From assembly GCA_045116675.1 (NCBI GenBank), contig JBGUMF010000004.1, forward strand, positions 1-63,780: DNA of 63,780 nucleotides. The letters are read 5' to 3'. The stretch is from Bacteroidales bacterium (GTDB lineage Bacteria; Bacteroidota; Bacteroidia; Bacteroidales; WCHB1-69). Both the position numbers and the translations under genes were made by a program. The notes under the pieces were generated by a model. The model saw only the letters and a program-made list of their open reading frames with translations. It had not been told where the DNA came from and did no database searches. Positions 20,441-27,565 of the stretch are shown here, piece after piece (positions within the stretch are counted from its first letter, which is position 1; each line of letters begins with the position of its first letter).

Positions 20441-21757
20441 TTAGAAGGGCTTGGATTTGGGATCTGAAACAAAGATGTCCCTCACCTTGTTCCCATTGGA
20501 GAACTGGGCACTGTAGTGCAGCCTGCCGTCGGGTTTCCAGCATGACCATTTCCCTTCGCGCAGATGATTCTTGAATTGGCCCTGGAAGTGCTTTTTACCA
20601 TTATTGTAATATTCGGTGAAGGTGCCGTTGGGGATGTCGTGAACAAAATTCTGCTCACGCACCTTGACCTCCTGCACATTATAGAACACCCATTTGCCTT
20701 CTTTCAGGTCGTTGGCGTATTTCCCTTTGGCGACAATCTTCCCGTTTTGAGCATACTCGGTCCAAGTGCCGTTCTTGAGGTTGTCTTTATAGGTGCCCTT
20801 ACGCGACATCTTGCCGTTCTCCTCCCAGAAATAGGTGTAGGGGCCATTCCATTTGTTTTGCTTGTAGGTGATGATGTATTTCTGTTTACCGTCATCGTAC
20901 CAGCCTTGCCACTGGCCATCCATTTCACCCTCCTTGAAGGTGCCTTTGTCTTGGGTTTGGCCGTTGTGGTAATAAGCGGTCCAGAGGCCGTTTTCCTTGT
21001 CGTGGGCAAAAGGCCCTTCGCGCTGCAGGCGACCGTCCTCGTACCAAGCTTTCCAGATGCCTTCGCGTTTGCCGTTCACATAATTGCCTTTTTTCCAGAC
21101 TTTTCCGTTTTCATAATAATAGACCCACTCGCCGTGTTGCAATCCGTTTTCAAAATTGCCCCGGCTGCCGAGCGTGCCGTTCTCGTGGTAGAATTTCCAT
21201 TCGCCCTGTTGCAAGCCTTTCACAGACGAGCCTTCCATATCTTTCTGGCCGTTGCGGGTCCACCAGCATGCGTAGCCGTCCAACTCGCCCATCTTGTAGG
21301 AGCCTTCAAAATATTTGGCCCCGTCATCAAAGTATTCCGTCACAGGACCGTCCACGCTGTCAGCCACATACGTCACCTCTTTGAATAACTTGCCATTGGT
21401 GTGGTAAAACGTCCAATTACCGCTTCGCTTGCCGTTGGCGAACTGGCCTTTCGACTCCACTTGGCCAGACTGGTACCAGCTGGTGAAGGGCCCGTTTTCG
21501 GCGTTGTACTCCTGGGCCAGCTTTCCGTTGTCGAACCACACTCTCCACACGCCCACCTTCTTCCCGTCGCGGTAGTCGCCCTCGGTCCATTTCATCCCAT
21601 TGATGTGATAATAGACCCAATGGCCCTGTTCCAGGCCTTGGGCCTCCACACCCACTGACATCAGTTTGTTGTTTTTCCAATAGGTCTTAACCGTATCTTG
21701 GGCACTGACGGTCAAGCATATCCATGCCAAGAGGATTACAAGAGATAAGTTGCGCAT
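20441..21757 (-). CDS. secreted MORN-variant / YwqK-type repeat protein
   Basis: 438 aa. Signal peptide (...LTVSAQ), then about 16 tandem ~23-aa repeats of the form G.W..YY.NGK....G.Y.NG...G.W. Confidence 0.7.
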   Translation of the reverse strand: MRNLSLVILLAWICLTVSAQDTVKTYWKNNKLMSVGVEAQGLEQGHWVYYHINGMKWTEGDYRDGKKVGVWRVWFDNGKLAQEYNAENGPFTSWYQSGQVESKGQFANGKRSGNWTFYHTNGKLFKEVTYVADSVDGPVTEYFDDGAKYFEGSYKMGELDGYACWWTRNGQKDMEGSSVKGLQQGEWKFYHENGTLGSRGNFENGLQHGEWVYYYENGKVWKKGNYVNGKREGIWKAWYEDGRLQREGPFAHDKENGLWTAYYHNGQTQDKGTFKEGEMDGQWQGWYDDGKQKYIITYKQNKWNGPYTYFWEENGKMSRKGTYKDNLKNGTWTEYAQNGKIVAKGKYANDLKEGKWVFYNVQEVKVREQNFVHDIPNGTFTEYYNNGKKHFQGQFKNHLREGKWSCWKPDGRLHYSAQFSNGNKVRDIFVSDPKSKPF

Positions 21758-21779
21758 ATTCTCATTTATTAAAAGCGTG

Positions 21780-21787
21780 CAAAGATA
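21780..21787 (-). promoter_or_regulatory. -7 promoter box (TATCTTTG) for the MORN-repeat/MBL/folE operon
   Basis: Exact TAnnTTTG, 23 nt upstream of the ATG at 21757. Confidence 0.5.
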
Positions 21788-21840
21788 CTACAAAATCCGA
21801 TATTTTGGAATTTGTTCGTGGAAATGTTGGTTTGGGGGAG

Positions 21841-21947
21841 TTAAGGGGTGTTGGGAATTGGGCTTGGGGGGTGGGGGTTAGCCGTTAGCTATTGGCCGTT
21901 GGCTTTTGGCATATATATTTCTCTACTATAAACTCTAAACTCTAATC
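21841..21947. repeat. intergenic repeat element, copy A (left border of the C10 island)
   Basis: Contains the 27-mer gccgttagctattggccgttggctttt (21881-21907), identical to 27453-27479. It is flanked by related taagggg-ttggga-ttggg and ctct..taaactctaaactcta segments in the same order and orientation as copy B. Confidence 0.8.
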
Positions 21948-21948
21948 T

Positions 21949-23772
21949 TCATTGTTTCACCACGCGTTTTACCACTGCGCCGCTGTCCGTCTCCACGCGC
22001 AGCACATACACGCCCGCACACAACTCCCGAACATCCACCTCCGCCATGTTGGCATTCACATTCACTGTTTTCAACAGCTTCCCATATACATCGTAAAGCC
22101 GTATCCTATTCACTATTCCCTGTTCACTGACCACTGTAACCTGTGTCTGTGTGGGATTGGGGTAGATGTGAACGTAATCCTTTACGGTTGGTGTTTTGTG
22201 CAATGTGTTTTGGTCCGTCGTTAGCCTTTGGCTCCTGTTCTCCATGATTTGTGCTGGGTTAAAACGTGATGGTGTGTCATCACACGATGCGCATGGGGTG
22301 ATATAAGCATGAAAATCACTTCCTTGCGCAGCATGAAAACCATCGCGTAAAACGATTTCCTTGTGGGCGGCGTATTCGGAAGAGGCTCCCGAGGGGATTA
22401 TATGCCATGACGAGGGGAATGCACTGTTGTTGGCCGAACTTAGGAGCACCGCGGCTGCGTGGGGCACATTGTTGTACGATACCGGCGAGGTGTTTCCTTG
22501 TATATTGTAATAATCATCGTAATATTGCTCTAATGGCAAAATGAAATTGCAGTAGTCCTGCGTTGTGGCCGGATAGATGTTGAACACAGCCCGCTCCAGA
22601 TGATTCCAGTTATAGTTCCCGTCACCGTTGTGCTCAACAATACTGTCAATCGTACACCATGCATCAATTCCGCTTATATGCCCCCAATTGAAATGAAACA
22701 TGTCCGTAGCACTGTTATATCCGTCGCAGACAAAGGCATGGGCTCCCGTGTTATAATTGCTTGCATAATAGGACATTCCCGCATATAATACAGGCATTCC
22801 CATAATTAAATCTCCTTTTAGCAGATTTTTCCATGAAGACGTTGAATAATCCGATCGTATCAATCGTACAGCATCCGGATGATAACCGAAGGAGTCCACA
22901 AGGGCATTGCGCGCTTTAATAGGGGTGGTGAATGATTGACACGATAAACCTCCTATACAATAATCCATATCTGCCGCTTCTCCACAATCTGCCATCAAAC
23001 GGGCGATGGCGTTGCGCTCATTCTCAAAATTAGGGTTAATAAGAAGAACCCCATTAGAATCGATGTACAGTCCCAAAAGGTCCACCATATTACACCAATC
23101 ATACGGTTCCATCCTATTGGGTCTATAGATAGGATACTTCCAATAGTTCATGATTTGCGCCATGGCCGTGGCCACACAACCCGTGGGACATTTCCTTCCA
23201 CTCACGCTCGCACAAGAACATATGTGATAGGATTTTTTTACAAAATAATTAAAAGATTCACATGTGTTGTAGATATCTTTTGTTTGGTCCCACTTTGTAG
23301 TTAAAAAGGGTCCGTAAATTGTATTGGTTGTGCGGATAACTTCTGCGGACGGATCCAACAGCTCAGACCATTGCGGGTGCTCCTCTTGGTGCCGAAGGCT
23401 GTCAACCATATATCCAATGGAGAAACTGTAACCCCGAATAAAATATTTCAATCCCTCGGGAATGGAGACTGTGTCCGACAGCAGTCTTCCGCCTTCGGTG
23501 GTGTACATCAATACAGGAAGACAATTCTTCCACGAGGAAAGAACAACACTCAAACCGTTATCAAAGGATATTTCCCTCATCCTCAAATCAGGCCCGGACC
23601 GAAACTCAACAACCGTGTCAATTCGGGTTTCGTCCAGAGTATGATATTGCAGGTATCGTTGCGCAAAGTTCACGGCAGCCCTTCTGCTTTCCTCTATCGT
23701 GACGGCTGTCTGGGCTGACAGACACCATGAAGATGCAGTTATCAGTATTATAAACAAAATACTATTTTTCAT
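21949..23772 (-). CDS. C10 family (streptopain/SpeB-like) cysteine peptidase with N-terminal propeptide and T9SS C-terminal sorting domain
   Basis: 607 aa. Catalytic Cys block is GCVATAMAQIMNYWKYP and the His block is GAHAFVCDGYN. N-terminal pro-region is AAVNFAQRYL. C-terminal CTD is HIYPNPTQTQVTVV...VYVLRVETDSGAVVKRVVKQ. Confidence 0.85.
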   Translation of the reverse strand: MKNSILFIILITASSWCLSAQTAVTIEESRRAAVNFAQRYLQYHTLDETRIDTVVEFRSGPDLRMREISFDNGLSVVLSSWKNCLPVLMYTTEGGRLLSDTVSIPEGLKYFIRGYSFSIGYMVDSLRHQEEHPQWSELLDPSAEVIRTTNTIYGPFLTTKWDQTKDIYNTCESFNYFVKKSYHICSCASVSGRKCPTGCVATAMAQIMNYWKYPIYRPNRMEPYDWCNMVDLLGLYIDSNGVLLINPNFENERNAIARLMADCGEAADMDYCIGGLSCQSFTTPIKARNALVDSFGYHPDAVRLIRSDYSTSSWKNLLKGDLIMGMPVLYAGMSYYASNYNTGAHAFVCDGYNSATDMFHFNWGHISGIDAWCTIDSIVEHNGDGNYNWNHLERAVFNIYPATTQDYCNFILPLEQYYDDYYNIQGNTSPVSYNNVPHAAAVLLSSANNSAFPSSWHIIPSGASSEYAAHKEIVLRDGFHAAQGSDFHAYITPCASCDDTPSRFNPAQIMENRSQRLTTDQNTLHKTPTVKDYVHIYPNPTQTQVTVVSEQGIVNRIRLYDVYGKLLKTVNVNANMAEVDVRELCAGVYVLRVETDSGAVVKRVVKQ

Positions 23773-23776
23773 CGTT

Positions 23777-24313
23777 TCAGAAATTCAAGGTTATCCCCAC
23801 TCCATGGCGTGTCGGGCCGAACGACAGGGAAACAGGATAGGATTTTTGATTATAGGAAGAGGCAACACGGTCCAACTTCTTGTAACTGTCAAGAGTTAAG
23901 ATAAGAGCAGGGATTACTTCTAATATAGAAACCCCAAAACAAAAACCTCCAAAAATCATATCAATTAAATCCTCGAAATGTCGAGGCCCACCCACCATAA
24001 AATATTCAACATAAATCAAATCGCAAACCCAATATGTTGCTGCCGTCAGGCTAATTCCGCTCAGGACCCACAGTGGGATGGCGGCAATGAGTTCGCGGCG
24101 GGCTTTGCGATACAGGGTGAAGTCTTCGGAGGAAAGGGTGTTTTGCAAAGATGTCCTGTCCATCCTCATTCCGTTGTCGCCATTATAAAGGCGGCCGCGA
24201 ATACGCTCCAGATGAACAGGCGAAGTCTCAAGTGTTTTACCCAACGTGTCTTGGGCTGACAGGCACCATGTAGATGCGGTTATCAGTAATATGAACAAAA
24301 TACTTTTTTTCAT
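23777..24313 (-). CDS. small signal-peptide + 2-TM protein, paralogue 3 of an island-specific family
   Basis: 178 aa. Layout is signal peptide, ~55-aa soluble domain (LERIRGRLYNGDNGMRMDRTSLQNTLSSEDFTLYRKARR), two hydrophobic helices, and a conserved tail ...LDSYKKLDRVASSYNQKSYPVSLSFGPTRHGVGITLNF. Its stop is 4 nt before the protease ATG. Confidence 0.7.
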   Translation of the reverse strand: MKKSILFILLITASTWCLSAQDTLGKTLETSPVHLERIRGRLYNGDNGMRMDRTSLQNTLSSEDFTLYRKARRELIAAIPLWVLSGISLTAATYWVCDLIYVEYFMVGGPRHFEDLIDMIFGGFCFGVSILEVIPALILTLDSYKKLDRVASSYNQKSYPVSLSFGPTRHGVGITLNF

Positions 24314-24378
24314 CGTTTCAGAAATGTAAGTTTCTTTTATTGTGACGTTTATTGTCGTTCAATTCGAATTGTATTGAT

Positions 24379-24948
24379 TTAAAAACGGATTCCGATTCGC
24401 ATTGCGGGACCAGGGTAGCTAATGTCACAGCCTAGAAGAGCATACACACTTTTCCCATCTTTAAATCTATAATTGCACCCCGAAAAGAAGGAGATGTTGT
24501 AATAAACACCTCTTACCTCCTCCCAGCGTACTGGATTCTGGTCTTTTTTGCCCTGTGTGTACATGCCTACATTCCAATTAAGCATCAGCAACGGGGACCA
24601 TTTGAATTTTTTTAGCACAAGATAGCGCAAATTCAAGCCGGTTGAAAAACCAAGCGCATGGAATCCAGCTTCATGCTGGTACTGTCTGAAGGAAATGTTG
24701 TCGTATTTAAACTCCAAATCCAGTCCCACAACCAGATGTTGTCTGATAAGAATACCATGAGTTTCCCGGACAGACACACCCCGAGTGCATGAATTATTAT
24801 TTTTATAAAGACGAATTCCAAAACCGGCACCTACATCTATGGCATGATAGTATTCTATATGCTTCTTTGGGGGTTGGTTCTCCGATTGTGCCATACCGCA
24901 TATACATCCAAATAGAAGGATGAACAGGATTGAAATATTCGTTTTCAT
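24379..24948 (-). CDS. small outer-membrane beta-barrel-like protein
   Basis: 189 aa. Signal peptide, alternating hydrophobic/aromatic strand pattern, and C-terminal ...AMRIGIRF ending in Phe (OMP beta-signal-like). Confidence 0.5.
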   Translation of the reverse strand: MKTNISILFILLFGCICGMAQSENQPPKKHIEYYHAIDVGAGFGIRLYKNNNSCTRGVSVRETHGILIRQHLVVGLDLEFKYDNISFRQYQHEAGFHALGFSTGLNLRYLVLKKFKWSPLLMLNWNVGMYTQGKKDQNPVRWEEVRGVYYNISFFSGCNYRFKDGKSVYALLGCDISYPGPAMRIGIRF

Positions 24949-24951
24949 TGT

Positions 24952-25512
24952 CTAAAAATTCAGGGTTATCCCCACCCCATGGCGTGTCGGTCCGAAGGAC
25001 AGGGAAACTGGGTTCGTTTTTTGATTGTAGGAAGAAGCAACGCGGTCAATCTTCTTGAAACTGTCGAGTGTCAGTGTGATAGCAGGTGTAAAAAACACTA
25101 TTGAGACGAGTACGGCAAATCCACAAAAGCATCCACAGAAAATATCATCTACAGGATAAAACTCGTATTCGTCATACGGGAACGTCGTGTGTTTGAAATA
25201 TACATGGTAAGATATCGCTTCATACCCCCAATAGGTGGCCGCTCCCAAACAAATTCCGCTTAACGCCCAGAAAGGTATGGCAGCAATGTACTTTCGGCGG
25301 GCCTTCTGATAAAGGGCATAGTCATCTTGGGAAAGAATTTGACATAAAGATGTATTGTCTAATTTCATACCCGTTTCCCTATCACACAATCGGCCGCGAA
25401 CACGCTCCAATTGAACAGGCGAAGCCTCATGTGTTTTACCCAACGTGTCTTGGGCTGACAAGAACCATGTAGATGCGGTTATCAGTATTATGAACAAAAT
25501 ACTTTTTTTCAT
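24952..25512 (-). CDS. small signal-peptide + 2-TM protein, paralogue 2
   Basis: 186 aa with the same architecture and the same C-terminal ...VASSYNQKTNPVSLSFGPTRHGVGITLNF. Confidence 0.7.
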   Translation of the reverse strand: MKKSILFIILITASTWFLSAQDTLGKTHEASPVQLERVRGRLCDRETGMKLDNTSLCQILSQDDYALYQKARRKYIAAIPFWALSGICLGAATYWGYEAISYHVYFKHTTFPYDEYEFYPVDDIFCGCFCGFAVLVSIVFFTPAITLTLDSFKKIDRVASSYNQKTNPVSLSFGPTRHGVGITLNF

Positions 25513-25516
25513 CGTT

Positions 25517-26050
25517 TCAGAAATTCAAGGTTATTCCCACCCCGTGGCGTGTCGGCCCGAACGACAGGGAAACAGGATAGGATTTTTGATTATAGGAAGA
25601 AGCAACATGGTCCAACTTCTTGTAACTGTCCAATGTGAGAATGATGGCGGGTATGAAAGTTATCAGTGACATACCTAATGCTGAACAGCCCAAAATAAAA
25701 TAAACTAAAGATCCTCCGGCATCGGAATATGGTACATGAAAATAAGTGAGATCAATCATTGCACAATACCAGTTTGTTGCAAGTGTCAAGAAAACTCCAC
25801 TCAACGTCCACAGCGGGATGGCGGCAATGAGTTCGCGGCGGGCTTTCCGATACAGGGTGAAGTCTTCGGAGGAAAGGGTGTTTTGCAAAGATGTCCTGTC
25901 CATCTTCATTCCATTGTCGCCATTATAAAGGCGGCCGTAGTAACGCTCCAGATGTGTTGGGAAAGTACCTGTGGTGTCGTTTTTTGGATTTTGAGCGTAC
26001 AATGTGATCGACGACAGAGCCATAATCAACAACAAAATACTTTTTTTCAT
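25517..26050 (-). CDS. small signal-peptide + 2-TM protein, paralogue 1
   Basis: 177 aa with the same architecture. The start overlaps the stop of the upstream gene by 4 nt (ATGA). Confidence 0.7.
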   Translation of the reverse strand: MKKSILLLIMALSSITLYAQNPKNDTTGTFPTHLERYYGRLYNGDNGMKMDRTSLQNTLSSEDFTLYRKARRELIAAIPLWTLSGVFLTLATNWYCAMIDLTYFHVPYSDAGGSLVYFILGCSALGMSLITFIPAIILTLDSYKKLDHVASSYNQKSYPVSLSFGPTRHGVGITLNF

Positions 26051-27075
26051 CGTTCTGCCTCCTTTTCCTCCAATTGTTGAATCCTGTTTTCAAGGTCAAG
26101 AATATACAGCGTCATTTCTTCTATCTTCTTTAACAGCAGCATATTCATATCTCCGAGGTCCACACCGTTCTGTTGCACTTCCGAAGCGGTCGGTACCTCG
26201 GGCAGATGTCCATTGGATAGCACAAAATTTCTCAAATCCTGCAAATCCATCAAAGGGTAAGTCTTTTCAAAAACATAGTCGGGCCAGCAGGGACTGCCGC
26301 CAAGGGACACACGTACCTCCTTGGCACAAATATTGCCGTTGACCGTAAGCTTTGCCAATGGCGTGTTGGTTCCAATACCGACATTCCCGCTGTCGGACAG
26401 GAACAATCCATAATTGAATCCTGCGTTATAACAATCCCATACTTTCCAAAAATTCAGTCCAAAGCCGTCCGTGGCATTGTTCACGTATTCAATTCCCCAA
26501 GACCCGTAAGGACATGTATTGTTAACCTCGGATCCAAATAGAAGAGATCCATTGGTGGAGCCCGGAGCCTTAGCAGATGTACGTGAAATCAAGATGTTTT
26601 CATCCACAACGTGAATCTTCTGCTTGGGCTTTGACGTATTGAAACCCACATAACCGTTCGTGTCAACAACCAAGCCATGCCCATTATTCATGATTTTGAG
26701 GTTAGCCTTCTCACATTGATGAATGGAAGCCTCTATTCCTGATAGTTGAAAGACAAATCCATCATGTACAGTTGCACCGGTACTGCTATTTGTCAGTCGA
26801 AGGTTGTTGTTTGTTGGTTTTTGAAGTGGGTTATGTAAATGAAGGTTGGAAACAGGAGATTCTGTTCCAAGACCTATATAATAGTTATTTGAAGGCACAC
26901 ATACACGTGAGATATTATTAGTCTTGATTATGAAAGGGACGGCAGTGGTTGTCCCAATAAAAGAACTGGATGTGGCATTGCTGTTTCCTGTAAGTGACCA
27001 GTAGTTTGTCTGTGATTTAGCTGTCATAAAAGCAAAACAAACTAAAAAAAGGACAAACGTAAATTTTTTAAACAT
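26047..27075 (-). CDS. secreted tail-fibre-like protein with conserved C-terminal WPDYVF...HLP...LL.KIEE..LY module and terminal coiled coil
   Basis: Start set at the ATG at 27075 (MFKKFTFVLFLVCFAFMTAKSQ). N-terminus is W.LTGN...FIGT...NVGIGTNTPLAKLTVNG. The C-terminus CWPDYVFEKTYPLMDLQDLRNFVLSNGHLPEVP...MLLLKKIEEMTLYILDLE resembles the Bacteroidota 'tail fiber domain-containing protein' family as I remember it. Confidence 0.6.
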   Translation of the reverse strand: MFKKFTFVLFLVCFAFMTAKSQTNYWSLTGNSNATSSSFIGTTTAVPFIIKTNNISRVCVPSNNYYIGLGTESPVSNLHLHNPLQKPTNNNLRLTNSSTGATVHDGFVFQLSGIEASIHQCEKANLKIMNNGHGLVVDTNGYVGFNTSKPKQKIHVVDENILISRTSAKAPGSTNGSLLFGSEVNNTCPYGSWGIEYVNNATDGFGLNFWKVWDCYNAGFNYGLFLSDSGNVGIGTNTPLAKLTVNGNICAKEVRVSLGGSPCWPDYVFEKTYPLMDLQDLRNFVLSNGHLPEVPTASEVQQNGVDLGDMNMLLLKKIEEMTLYILDLENRIQQLEEKEAER

Positions 27076-27119
27076 GACATTGAATTTTATAGTAGTTGTT
27101 TTTTTTGTTTTTCGTGCGA

Positions 27120-27127
27120 CAAAGATA
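27120..27127 (-). promoter_or_regulatory. -7 promoter box (TATCTTTG) for the island operon
   Basis: Exact TAnnTTTG, 45 nt upstream of the ATG at 27075. Confidence 0.5.
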
Positions 27128-27157
27128 TACATTTCTTTTCGAAAATGGGACTGGAAA

Positions 27158-27179
27158 AAAGTGAGGGTACCATCACTTT
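27158..27179. promoter_or_regulatory. 22-bp near-perfect palindrome upstream of the island promoter (candidate operator)
   Basis: aaagtgagggtaccatcacttt has 10 of 11 positions complementary around a central GGTACC. It lies about 30-50 nt upstream of the -7 box. Confidence 0.35.
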
Positions 27180-27395
27180 CGTCAAATTTTTTCTGCATTC
27201 ACCCCATATATTGAATTTTCACCCCAAAAAGATGGAAATTTCATTTTTTTTGTCTAACAAATAGAAAAAGGTCCGGAAAAATCCTCTGGCCTTTTCGCAC
27301 ATGTATGCCTTTCGCGGCGGGCACACCTTTTCTTCGCGGCACACGTCTGCCGCGCCGCGATATTGTGTGCGGCGGCCTTATTCCTACAGATATGC

Positions 27396-27419
27396 AACGC
27401 CTAACGGCGTTTTTTTTTT
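27396..27419 (+). terminator. orphan plus-strand intrinsic terminator
   Basis: Stem aacgcc/ggcgtt with loop taac, followed by T10 and then directly by G9. No plus-strand ORF lies upstream of it. Confidence 0.5.
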
Positions 27420-27432
27420 GGGGGGGGGTGAT

Positions 27433-27509
27433 GTAAGGGTATTGGGAGTTGGGCCGTTAGCTATTGGCCGTTGGCTTTTTCTCTCAACTCTAAACTCTCA
27501 ACTCTAAAC
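27433..27509. repeat. intergenic repeat element, copy B (right border of the C10 island)
   Basis: Same 27-mer (27453-27479) and the same flanking segment order as copy A. It lacks the ~18-nt G-rich insert of copy A. The tail is ctctcaactctaaa x2. Confidence 0.8.
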
Positions 27510-27540
27510 GAAAGACGGCGGAATCTCCTTTCTTGTTTTT

Positions 27541-27562
27541 GAGACGCGATGAATCGCGTCTC
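27541..27562 (-). terminator. perfect 9-bp hairpin 3 nt after the stop of the Na+ symporter gene
   Basis: gagacgcga-tgaa-tcgcgtctc. There is no T-tract on the minus strand. Confidence 0.45.
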
Positions 27563-27565
27563 TAC

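Noticed and set aside
20441-21757. YwqK-type 'antitoxin' as part of a toxin-antitoxin pair.
   Set aside because: The protein has a signal peptide and is 438 aa of MORN-like repeats. The adjacent genes are an MBL hydrolase and folE, and no toxin candidate is present.
26047-27075. Tail-fibre-like gene as a marker of a prophage or phage-tail-like injection system.
   Set aside because: No capsid, terminase, portal, sheath, tube, baseplate, lysis or integrase genes are nearby. The neighbours are small membrane proteins and a protease.
27301-27507. 68-aa plus-strand ORF in the spacer right of the island.
   Set aside because: It runs through a GC hairpin, the T10/G9 tracts and the repeat element. 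Its composition (R/G/Y-rich, then translated repeat) is not protein-like.
21841-27509. Interpreting the two flanking repeat copies as attL/attR of an integrated mobile element.
   Set aside because: There is no recombinase, the repeats are low-complexity, and related words occur at other spacers. I report the bracketing as an observation only, not as a mobile-element call.
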